From: Schizochytrium sp. TIO01
Lineage: Eukaryota > Protista > Bigyra: Labyrinthulomycetes
Direction: 5' to 3'
DNA: 64,000 bases
Assembly (NCBI GenBank): GCA_004764695.1
Contig: SMSO01000033.1
Span: forward strand, 2,418,001 to 2,482,000
Of the stretch, positions 45,631 to 56,700 are shown one piece after another. A program made the translations under genes and the position numbers. Each line of letters begins with the position of its first letter. Position 1 is the stretch's first letter. The notes under the pieces are model-generated. The model saw nothing but the letters and a program-made list of their open reading frames with translations. It made no database searches and was not told where the DNA came from.

Positions 45631-47191
45631 GAAGTAAAGAAATAGGGACCGCAATAACAAACTTCACAAACAGCACTCGAAATGAAATGCTCTCTCGACA
45701 AAGCCTGAAATGAATGGCATCAGAAGCACAGCAGGAAACCGAGGACGGCACATCTATCTGCTGCAAGTGACTCGAGGCGGCGGAGGAGACCTCAGGAGTT
45801 GACAATTACCACCACCTCGAGGAAGAGGAAGGTCCCCGAAGGCAGGACTTGCCAAGTTTGGGGCGCTCAAGTACTACCGAATTGGTGCTGTACCCTTTGA
45901 AGTGCTTCCAAAGTAAGCACAGAGAGAAGAGGCAATTGGGCTCAAGATCGATCAATTCTACTGCTATGCTATGTTTCACGCTTGAAGAGCTTCTTCGAAA
46001 GGGAGTACGGAAAACGAACTCTGAAGCTCCCGGAAGACGCTCTAGCGAATGCTGCGCCAGCGTCGAAGCGCGATGAGTAAAGTGCAGAAAACTGATTCAA
46101 CAAAATGCAATTCAACAAAACTCTCAATCAAGTTCGGTCGATGACAAACCCTTCGATCGAAGCAGATTAATCCGCGCTCCAAACTTCACGAAACGGTCGA
46201 CCTTTGGGCCGGAGGGCCTTGCTGCCACGCGGGACCAACGCCCGGCAGGCTGTCTTCGGCCTGCTTGCACGCCTGCTCGCTAGACATGGAGCAATCGGCT
46301 GGACCGTCCAGCGAGACACGTGTGGACAAAGACACAGCTGGGCTCCTCCCAGAGTCCAGATGAGGTTCTCGCAGGCTGGCACGCGTCGCGAGCGCCGAGA
46401 GCGGTCTAGGAACCCAGCGAGAATAGCGGCGGCCCGCAGACGTCTCTGCAGACCTCCTCGTGCACGCGAGATGAGCTGCAAGGACTTGCCTGCCATCCAG
46501 GGGTCGGTGAAGTGAATGAAGTCTTGAACGAACTGATGAAACGAGACAGCGAAGCCACTTCCTTTTCTGGCGAGTGGCTGGCGTGAGATACCCGCCATCT
46601 TTCACCTCGGAAGCGGGTTTGGAGTGCACGTGGATGCCCTTGGCCTTCGCGATGATAGCCTGGAGGTCTTGCTGATCATCGCCATCGCGCCGTGCAGTTC
46701 AAGGCCCATGGCGGCGCAGGTGATTCTCGCAACCATCGGCATGCTCATGAGATCAGGGTCCACGCCATGATCCATGATCCATGATCCGGCGAACACTACT
46801 CTCCATGAAGTCAAGGATACTAAACGCAAATGCTTTACTCCCAATTCGCAAGCAGCTCTTGAGCTAGACTCGTGACATCGGCGTTGATGCCCATGCCATC
46901 CTTGGTGGAAGCAGAGCTGTCTGGGAAGGTGCCAAGAGGAATCAGCATGTGGAATGATTTGCTTTTGTGTCCTAAGATGTGTGGAGCTTTCGATGCCAAC
47001 GATTGGCGTTGGTGTAGTCTAGGTGAGCACTTTTCTTAACTTGTGCAAAACACTCAGAATAAGCCATGAAAAGCACTCATCTGGTTTGGCTCAAACTAAA
47101 GTGAGTGAGTACTCCCTACATACTTAATTATTATTATTGTTTGTGACAAACAATTACAAACAAATACAATTACAAATACAAATACACATAC

Positions 47192-47192
<1 letters not shown>

Positions 47193-47231
<39 letters not shown>
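47193..47231 (+). repeat. Poly(A) tract, 39 nt
   Basis: Uninterrupted A run preceded by CAAATA-type repeats. Confidence 0.95.
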
Positions 47232-47232
<1 letters not shown>

Positions 47233-48260
47233 AGCGCTTTCAAAGTTTTTAATTAAAACCATAGTTCGAGTTTTGGTACATTTACAGATAGAACGTGACA
47301 TGACGGAACAATGTGAAAGGAAGAGCTGCGTTGGATTGTTCGGAATGGAAAGGATAAATAATTTAAGAATGAAAAGGCCAGGTGTGCTATGCGTTGACAG
47401 GCATACGAACTTCGAGCCAAGATGGCGTTCTTGGCTACTCTCATCGACTCGTGAAATATTGCAGTAATAAGAGCAAAAGAAAGACTCTTGTAAGTGCAAT
47501 TCAAGTTGACTATCCAGAAAGTGGACAACTTTGGATAAAACAATATTTTTTGGTCGTAGTCTTTTCAAGCTTGGGTCAAAGCAAAATAGTTATCAGCCAT
47601 CAGTTTCGATGTTCACAATGAACGCAACACACTCCCATTATGCGTGCGAGGCTTTCAAGCCTCAATTCACCAGATGATTTGCATGCCTACTTAGAATATT
47701 ACTTTCCTTACTAAACAAATAGCAGTAAGGAGAGAGAGTTCATATGAGTGAGGCAACTGACCAGTACATAGTACCTCACTAGTAATAACTGTACAAGTGC
47801 CTCAATATAGACACGCATTACATTTGCCCCATTCGTTGTGTGCATCTTTGTCATAATGATCATGGTATAGAAGACAAAGCACCATCGCGAAACGAAAACC
47901 ACGGCGACGGCTCGCCGGTTGCACTCGGATCTGTAGCGCAGCGAAGCCAACGAGAGGGTTTTGCCCAGGGTTTGGCTTTCCTGGGTACGTGCGAGCTCCT
48001 TCAGAGAATCTTGCCGATCCGGCAACGGCGTCGTCTCCACTGCCCTGTGACGAGTTGCCACGCTGTGCAAGAAGATTCGTTTGCTACGCGCACCTTGAAG
48101 GTGGAAGAGGACCAGTAGAGTGCGTGCTGGCAATCGATAAGGGCTACTTGAAGTGGCTAGAGGGCGTGCAGGCTACATTATCGGAATTGGCCTCTTTGGA
48201 TTTGACACGGGAAGTCAGTCACACGGATAGATAGCAGTGCTCCCTCAGATTTTAGGCACA

Positions 48261-49211
48261 ATGTATCCGCAAGCATCTGGTTCTGGGCATGGATACCCGC
48301 ATCAGCAGGGCCAACATATGGGAGGTCATGCCCAGCCTGGTCAGCAAATGCCGGCAATGGGAGGATTTGAAAACATGGCAGCAATAGCCGAGAACCAGAT
48401 GTTTCAGAACTTTGCAAAGCAAAGCCTTCACCAAGCTGGTGCTCAATTTACAACGAGCATCTTGCCCGAAGCAAACACGTTCTGGAGCAATTTACGTTAT
48501 TACTTTCACGTTGACAACCGTTACGTCTTGCGGAAACTAGGCTTGCTGGTCTTCCCTTGGCGCCATAAAAAGTGGGAGCGTATTCGCTTTGGCGACGAAT
48601 CGATGGCATCTGATTCATCTGCGGCCAGGCAGATTGAGTTTGCCCCCCCTGTCAGCGATGTGAATGCGCCTGACCTCTATCTGCCGGTTATGGCCTCCAT
48701 CACGTACATTCTTTTTATCGGCCTCCTCAAAGGAACGAAGAAATCCTTCAATCCTGATGTTCTGCAGAATACATTCACAACGTGTACCCTTGTGCTCATG
48801 CTCGAAGTAGCTATTATGAAAGCTGGATTGTATTCTTTGCCCGGAAGTCCCGAGCGTAAGCTCGCTGTTTTTGATATGGTCTCTTTTGCTGGCTACAAAT
48901 ATGTTCTTGTAGCTCTCAACCTTTTCATCGGCATTGCCTTGGGAAGCACTGTGTACAACGTTGTCATGTTTTACCTATGCCTATGCATGGGTTTTTTCAT
49001 CTATCGAACTCTTGAGCAGGCCTTGCCTCAGATGGACTATGAGTCCGCTGGCCACAAGCGCCGGATGTACTACCTCATCGCCTGTGCTGCATTGCAGTTC
49101 CTTACAATCTTCTTTCTTGGATTTACTCGCGACCTTGGAGAGAGCTCTGTGCCTGGAATTTCTTTCTCGGCCTTTTCTGATGACCTCGATGACGATGAGG
49201 CTGATGTATAA
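48261..49211 (+). CDS. YIF1: YIF1 ER-Golgi transport membrane protein
   Basis: LRYYFHVDNRYVLRKLGLLVFPW, PPVSDVNAPDLYLPVMASITYIL, FNPDVL, DMVSFAGYKYV; first ATG at 48261, just after a ttttag acceptor-like site. Confidence 0.92.
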   Translation: MYPQASGSGHGYPHQQGQHMGGHAQPGQQMPAMGGFENMAAIAENQMFQNFAKQSLHQAGAQFTTSILPEANTFWSNLRYYFHVDNRYVLRKLGLLVFPWRHKKWERIRFGDESMASDSSAARQIEFAPPVSDVNAPDLYLPVMASITYILFIGLLKGTKKSFNPDVLQNTFTTCTLVLMLEVAIMKAGLYSLPGSPERKLAVFDMVSFAGYKYVLVALNLFIGIALGSTVYNVVMFYLCLCMGFFIYRTLEQALPQMDYESAGHKRRMYYLIACAALQFLTIFFLGFTRDLGESSVPGISFSAFSDDLDDDEADV

Positions 49212-50489
49212 CCGAAATCTTAACCTGAATAGTTTGAAATTTTGACACTTTTTATTCTTTTCATTGCTCTCTCAACCCACTGCAGTTTGAGTTCGGCCAC
49301 TTTGGAAAACCGAAGTATTTCAATTCTAGTATCAAGTCAAGTATGTAGATTGTTTCTGTCAGTGAATAAAACCTGGCTGGCGAATTGTTGAAAGATAATT
49401 GAGTTTATAAATCAACTAGCACAACCAGATTGTACTGTTTTTTCCTACTTGAGCATCCATTCGAAGAATGTGGAAGTGGTTAGTGGATGATGAATGAGAA
49501 AATATTATTTGAAGTGTTATACCCTTTTTCCAACATACCTCTACAAATTGAAAATTTGTTACAGAAACAGCCAGTAAAGAAACAATGCTTGTTACACCCT
49601 TTTTCCTCTCAAAAATCGCAATCATAAGCATAATCATTTAAATAAATACTTCCGTGGTCATGCCCAGCCCTGAAATGAGCTAAAGTATCTATTTTTAGAA
49701 GAGTTAAAAAAAGCTATTCCGCCAACAACCGGTTTGTTTTCAAGGTCACGGGCGCGGACATATGTTTACCCTCTCTGATCAAATATTGAGAATAAAGTAT
49801 CTAAATATTCGACAAATATACGTTTGGAGCACTCTTAAAATTTCTTTAAAGGTTGTTTATATATCAATTCCGCAAACGGGGAAGCACTGGTATCTTGCAA
49901 AGTGGCATTTTAATTGAAAAAGACCAGGTCTGATAGTTTTTTGTATCTGGACAGAACTTTAGATACTTGGAGATCGTTTGCGATTGCATAGTGAAGCTAG
50001 CAAAGTTTCAATTTCTCAAAGAAATATACAAGTGGCATTCCAGAGAAACAAGCGAAGTAAATACAAAGAAGCAATGTTGCATTTAGTGGTGTGGACATCT
50101 TTCTCTTTAAAGGTTGACAGGTTTTTAATGTGCTGCAAAAAGAGAAAGAACAAAAAATTAATAATGCAAATTATCTTATTATGTTCTCCAATTGACGCAA
50201 AAATAACGAACTTCTAGATACTTCAGAATACAAGACACTCAGAATCATACTGCCTTCGCATCTTTCTTTTTTTCTTTTTTTTAAACGGGGAGTGATCTAC
50301 TAGGGCCCTCTGAATGCCCTTAGGATGGATGACCTTGTTTAAATTGGGAAACAAACGTTTAAACCATGATTTCACTCAGAAGTCCTCTGGCCAGCTCTAT
50401 ATAGTAAACAACAGACAGCACCAACAATGTTACAAGAGAACATCATACGCAGCCTTCAAAAGTATTCGAGACTCCCTTCTAACACCATA

Positions 50490-50592
50490 TAACGATGCCA
50501 GTTGCAGATTCAGGAGATCTTTTTAGAATTATCCTGAAAAACAAAAAACAAAAAAATTCGCTGCAGAAGTTCATCAGGAATACTCTCGAAGC
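50490..50592 (-). pseudogene. F-box motif remnant
   Basis: FESIPDELLQRIFLFFVFQDNSKKIS*ICNWH with in-frame TGA; matches the F-box pattern LPDELL..IF.FL...D...IS.VC..W; surrounding frame is broken. Confidence 0.5.
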
Positions 50593-50835
50593 ACCCGGTG
50601 CTCGATCATTCTCTTTTCGATTGCATTGGCTATTAAAAAATAGTAGTAACTTGAATCCCAACGCCAGCCTCAAACGTTCCAGCTGGGATAGGCACAGGTA
50701 TAACAATAGTCTATTGGCATGGCATCCTTTCGCCTTGTGGTTCTGACAAAAGTAACGACACAATCATTTAAATATTCCAACTAACGGCCTGATAGAAGAG
50801 AGTGTGCTAAGAAACATTATGACATCAATGCCCCA

Positions 50836-52500
50836 CTAAATTTCATCGGGATCAGGAAGCACACTGTTCATTACACCAATTTTAGTTGTGAAAAAAGCAT
50901 CGCCATTAGTTCCACATGAAAAGTCAGAGTTCACAAGGTTGTTGTCATTCGTAAAGCCAGTGTAACCGTCCTCGCACAAAGGCCAGGAGACAATAAATGT
51001 CAGATAACAGCCTTCATAATTTGGACCAGGGCGAATAATTGCACCCTCGATAGAAGGGGAGTTGATCCGATGTACGCCGGCCTGTTGGGACTTGAAAACA
51101 TCCGTATTTACAGAGGTTGAGCAAATGATGATGCAAGCCTCCGGGTCATCTTTGCTGACGGACTCAAAAGCCTCGGCCGGAGGGTTCAGAGAATATGAAA
51201 AGGGTACTGCTGAACTATTGCAAATCGCAGAAGGACTGAGAGGGTTCTCGGGGAAAGAAGAAGTAGTAATTAACTTTGTGGGTTTCCATGTGGCGACCAG
51301 AGTGCAGTCTCGCGAGCGCTTTTCATGGTATCTGCCACGAGTTAATCCAAGCTCCTCGGTATAGTGAAAGACACGGATATCAGGATCCTGTGGCGTTTGC
51401 AATTCACTAAAACCAGTGGGGATCTCTGCAATGGACACCAAGGCATTATGTGCCCAGGGGCCAGAATAGGTGCGCGCGTAGACTTCCGGGGACATGCGTG
51501 CTTTCCAGAGCCTCTTACGGATCTCTTGCATGCTCTCAGGGCGTAGAGGAAGGTCAACACGGATGTTGCAGCGCTTAGCAGCGGCCAAATTACATCCACG
51601 GGGCAGAAGTTGAACGCCAAAGTGCGCAGGGCTACGAGTATTAAGATGATTCAATGCCATATAATCAGACCATCGCCAAGACGCGTCCACTGCACTAGTA
51701 TAAGCAAGGCCGACAATCTGGGCCACTCCACTATCAGTACCCTGACGAGCCAGTCGGTATTGCTCCTCACTAAGGAGCCGCGGTATTGCCTGAGTTGCAT
51801 CCACGATACTGCGAATGAATGCTTTGTGTTTACGGATCTCAATACGCAGCAATTCGTTTTCTTTAGCAACATTAATTGTACCGGAATTGCGTAAGCCCTG
51901 GACTTCAGTCTGCAACTCTGCAATTCGTGTCAAGTAAACGTCACGATCTTTTTCGAGTTGTTCATTACGCTTTTTCAACTCTTCGCGCTCGCGCTTGCGC
52001 TTTTGACGGGTAGCCCGGGATGCAGCAGCAATCATCAAACGGCGGCGACTTTTATTGCTGGGTGCTCCTGCTCCAGCGGCTCCCTGGTTTGAAGTAATTT
52101 TACTACTATCACCATAGCTCCCACCTTCTCCTTCTCCATCACCTTCGTCGCCATAATAATCGCCGTATCCTTCGCCATCGTAATCTCCATAGTCATCGAT
52201 TTCCTCAGTTGCACAAGGCTCGGGTTTAGGTGGGGCAGATTTTGAGCGTGAGCGTGATGACCTTGACTTATTTTCACCTCTCGGTTCGGCACTATCGGGC
52301 TCAGCCAGGAACAAACCAGAGGCGTCTACAGGAAGATTGCGGTCGGAGGAAGGCTGCGAGGACGCCTCATTCTCAGGCGGCAAAGTGTCGTCTGATGCAG
52401 CGAGAATCTCAATCTCCAAGGGGTTCAAGACCAAGTCAGGTGGGAAGAAGTTACCGTCATAAAACCTCGCGGCCTCGGCATCATTATCCCAGTTCTCCAT
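50836..52500 (-). CDS. Atypical bZIP plus START/SRPBCC-like transcription factor, paralog 4
   Basis: MENWD..YDGNFFPPDLVL (ATG 52500); RRRLMIAAASRATRQKRK; RDCTLVATWK, EACIIICSTSV, GVHRINSPSIEGAIIRP. Confidence 0.85.
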   Translation of the reverse strand: MENWDNDAEAARFYDGNFFPPDLVLNPLEIEILAASDDTLPPENEASSQPSSDRNLPVDASGLFLAEPDSAEPRGENKSRSSRSRSKSAPPKPEPCATEEIDDYGDYDGEGYGDYYGDEGDGEGEGGSYGDSSKITSNQGAAGAGAPSNKSRRRLMIAAASRATRQKRKREREELKKRNEQLEKDRDVYLTRIAELQTEVQGLRNSGTINVAKENELLRIEIRKHKAFIRSIVDATQAIPRLLSEEQYRLARQGTDSGVAQIVGLAYTSAVDASWRWSDYMALNHLNTRSPAHFGVQLLPRGCNLAAAKRCNIRVDLPLRPESMQEIRKRLWKARMSPEVYARTYSGPWAHNALVSIAEIPTGFSELQTPQDPDIRVFHYTEELGLTRGRYHEKRSRDCTLVATWKPTKLITTSSFPENPLSPSAICNSSAVPFSYSLNPPAEAFESVSKDDPEACIIICSTSVNTDVFKSQQAGVHRINSPSIEGAIIRPGPNYEGCYLTFIVSWPLCEDGYTGFTNDNNLVNSDFSCGTNGDAFFTTKIGVMNSVLPDPDEI

Positions 52501-54397
52501 GGATGTTTTGATATGTGTTTTCCGATTCACTAAGACGTAGCAAGGCCCAGAGGCACTGCAAGAAATCAGCTCCGGACTAGTTACCAAGTGCTATGCTATA
52601 GATTTCACCTGGACTCCACTTCTCCTCAATAGATGTTTGGGAATGAAGACCAGAAAGAAGGAAGTGCAGTCTAAACTTTTAAACTTTTCTTCTTTTCTCC
52701 AAACCAAGTTTTTGTCCCTCACACACGTGCGCCAACCACTGCGTGGGGCTCCAAGCTGACCTTGCCAATCAGTCCTTGCTCACCCAAAAAAACAAGATGT
52801 ACTTTCGTATCAATGTGTCTACCCAGATACAAAGTACACACAAACGTCAATATGAATGAACGTTCGAGGTAAACAATATGCGAAGTCTTCCAAGTAGCAG
52901 TAGATGCGCAGCTGACGAAACTTCTCTTTGTCTTCGTATTGTTCACGGCACAGCAAGATATATTCAAGGTCTGAAGCAATTCCAGTTTTTGCAGCTCTAC
53001 AGACGACTATCTCCAAAATTCCCACGAGATAAATCCCCTCACTGTACGCTAAGTTTCACGGTGTACGCGCAATCAGGTTCACTTCAAGAGCTTGTGCCAA
53101 AACAGCGAGCTATGTCTTCAAGGGCGATTTTTTGATACCTCCTTGAGCCAATCTCGCCAAGACTGCGCTCACAGCAATTTCAAGACCAACTAAATCAAAT
53201 GATCAATTCTCGGCACCGCCGCAGAACTTCTCGTGGGTGATTACTGCTCTTGTCAACCTGGGAGCCTTTACGTCTCGCTTTTCCTGTATAGCAGAAGCTT
53301 GACTACACCCCGCCTATACAGAGAAGTCGATTTCTCTAGCGGACCCCCTTCACAAGCCAGTATTTGAGCGACGCTGGACAGTGGGATACTCCACCAAGAA
53401 CAAGTGTATTGCGAGATGGCAGCTGAGCCAATAAATCAGTCTCTACCCTCGGACGCCGCTTCAGAATCGGCAGCGGCGGCGGCGGGATAAGCCCAAGCCT
53501 AGCCTTCAGCCGTCCTCGCCGCCGTCGCCCAGCTTCGCCACGCCTGCCACCGAGCGAGGGAACTTCTGATCTGCAATTGCTTTCTGTCTCCTCCTCCTCC
53601 TCCTTCTTCTTCTCTTCATGTTGATCTCCTTTCTTTTTCCCTGCACCGCGAGTGAAGTCACCCATCTACCGTAAACCCTATCCATCTACGCACCGAATTT
53701 AAGTTGATTTTATCCAACGAAACTGCGAGGGCGTTTCCGTTTGAAATTATCACACGAAATTCGCGCAACCTCGAACCCGGCTGCCCCGCCAAAAGGACGA
53801 GCAAAACTCGAAGTTGAAGTCGCGAAGCCAATGGGCTATGGCTGCGAGCTCGGCTCTCCACGCTTCGGAGAGATGCAGGGACCGGGGGAGACGCCCAGTG
53901 TCTGCCTGCTCCGAGGCAGAGGCCACACTGCGTCATGCGGAGATCGTTCACGGCCTAGATGCGCGGCATTCGCAAACTGTTTTTGCAAAGCGCTTCCATC
54001 CGGCCAGGGTTGGATCGCGAGTACAGCTCAGCCCTGCTCGCGCTAAAGCAGATGCGAGAGGCCGCCAGCGAAGGAGCGCGAACGGAGGGGATGGATCCAA
54101 CAAGGGGATCTCCGCGACGGCCGCGACCGACCCTGGGCGTGAGTTGAAGAAAGTTGAGCGAAGATCGACGATGTGAGAGCGGCTTTGCTGCCACTGCCGG
54201 AAAACGAAGAACTGCCGCAGAGAACTCGAGGAGACAGCTGGAGTAGTGAGGGCCGGTGCAGCGATGTGGTGGGGGGTGACCCTGGTAGAGGCGTTGCAAG
54301 CATGCACGGAGAACCGTGCTCGGTCTTTCCATGAAGTTCAAGTTCGCACGCGCGAGAACTTTGGAAATTCTCTGTGTTTTCTCAGGCTTTCTGATAC

Positions 54398-54498
54398 TTC
54401 GGAAAAGCACAAAAGAACAGGAGGAACAAAGAAGATTAGTTATAGTAGTTAGTTAGTTAGTTCTGAAAAGCACAAAAGAACAGGAGGAACAAAGAAGA
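54398..54498. repeat. 63-bp-period duplication of the sequence abutting the TTAG array
   Basis: gaaaagcacaaaagaacaggaggaacaaagaaga at 54402-54435 and 54465-54498, each followed by TTAG units. Confidence 0.9.
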
Positions 54499-54984
<486 letters not shown>

Positions 54985-54988
54985 GATT

Positions 54989-55332
54989 GAGCTTAGGTAA
55001 GAAAATGGCATGGCTAAGGAACCACCAAGCTCCAAACACTGCAAGTGAAGCAAACCTTCAATACAAGCCAGAATAGTCCTTCATCCAGACGCCTGACGCC
55101 TCAGCAAGTGCCCTTCAGGTGCATCCCCAGAGGCAATCGCGTATAAGCAAGTGATGGCGTTCAAGGCACATATGGCGGCTAGCAATGCAGCACTGGCCAT
55201 ACCATTACCTGCGCCGGAGTATCCTCCACCAAGCAAAAGGAGGATTCTGATCGCTAGATTGGTGATCTATAGCGCACCTTTCCAGATGCCACAGCTGTCT
55301 ATTTAAATAATCGGTAGCGGGGTCAAATTCAA
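54989..55332 (-). repeat. Dispersed repeat, copy B (decayed coding sequence)
   Basis: Homologous to 21016-21365; begins 4 bp after the TTAG array. Confidence 0.85.
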
Positions 55333-55884
55333 AAGGTCGGCCCGCACGCCCTAAAATGTGTTTTACTCTTCTTCTTCTTCTTCGTCTGTAATAATTTTAA
55401 GGGAGGTTCCTAATTTTAGTTACACGCACGGGATTGGGCTCCTTAACCTCAAAAAAGCACCAAGCGATTTCTCCTTTTTGCTATTGCCACGCAAATTCGA
55501 CCAGACGGTTTTTGGTTGATCTTAGGTGATGGTAAACGTTTCCTGTTATATAATCGCCATCTAAAATCTTACGAAACGATGGTACATGTGGAGAGCACTA
55601 GATGTGTTTATTTACCAGAGCCTTGTATGTTAGACGGTTAGAGAAATTAGCTGTAGAGTTTGAAAGGTTTACAGAGCGAGAGATAAAATGGAGCCTTTCA
55701 AAACATCTGTACGAGAAGCTACTACAAGATGAGACAAAACTAAAACCAGAAGCTAAAATTGAATTGAGCGGCAAACAATAAATCAAACAAGGTGAATTTC
55801 TAAAGAACCGAAAATCATAAGAACACCTGCCACCTGCCTGCCACCAGCACCTCGCCGTCCCAAACAAACTTGAGAATCTGACTC

Positions 55885-56520
55885 ATGATTACCGAGGCCG
55901 AGCGCGAGCAAAGGCGCACTGACCGCACCCTGCGGATCAATGAGGCGACCAAGAGCATTTCGATTGACCTGGCCTTTGGTTTTAGCGATGTGGAAAGAGC
56001 TTGCGATAGCACGCTGTTTTCCTGGCCTCTTCCTCGGCTTCGGTAGCGCCACGTTGCTTCCGTGTATACCATTCGCGAGCTTGTGAGTTCCTTCGACGCT
56101 ATGAACGATGCCCGGCTCCGGTCCCTGCACGGCAAGATGACGGAGCCGGAGGACTTGTCGATGATTTTGGCGCGTTTTCCCGTGGAAGACAGCGACAGAG
56201 GTCTCGCTGGTACAGATGCCACGCTTATCTCCAGAGTCAAAGCTAGGCTCGCGGAAACCCGGCGCCACTACAAGCTCTACCCTGCTTACGGCGAAGAAGA
56301 GTATGACGCGCGCAGAAACACACATGTGCTTTTCCTTGCGGTCAATGGGTGGGTTTATAGGGAATCACATTGCCCACCGCTTCATGCCGCTGCTGGGCCC
56401 GCGCGACTTTGCCTGGCTGTAGCCAGTACGCCCCCCTTTCTGCGGAACTGCAACGAGATCATCCAGCCTTACGAAGCGCGGGCCTCCATATCCTCCAGGT
56501 CCTTCAGGTTGCGGGCCTAG
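55885..56520 (+). pseudogene. GC-rich ORF relic interrupted by one in-frame TAG
   Basis: ATG 55885 MITEAEREQRRTDRTLRINEATK... is in frame with ORF 56062-56520, with a single TAG at 56044-56046. Confidence 0.5.
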
Positions 56521-56700
56521 GAGGAGGACTCGGGATCCGCTGATGCAACATTCCTGTAGAAATCAATGTTCTCCTCCTCCTCGAGCTGACTGGCCACCGC
56601 GTGCCGCAGTGTGACCGGCTCGAGCTGCCCTTTGTCGCGCCCTGGGAAGGCTTGCCGCAGCGCTGAGCCGTGCGCGTTTGCCGGAGCTAGAGGGATTACT
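56350..56700 (-). pseudogene. Possible OTU-like protease relic
   Basis: EPVTLRHAVASQLEEEENIDFYRNV...*ARNLKDLEDM, then after a frameshift LRKAG...GAYWLQP; resembles the helical core of OTU domains; no catalytic Cys motif intact. Confidence 0.3.

Noticed and set aside
45418-45805. FYCFIVLL-repeat ORFs
   Set aside because: Translations of the 8-bp tandem repeat.
46550-46590. ATRQKRK heptapeptide suggesting a fifth bZIP paralog
   Set aside because: Flanking sequence shows no basic region, zipper, N-motif or C-terminal domain similarity; probably chance, though a translated alignment would settle it.
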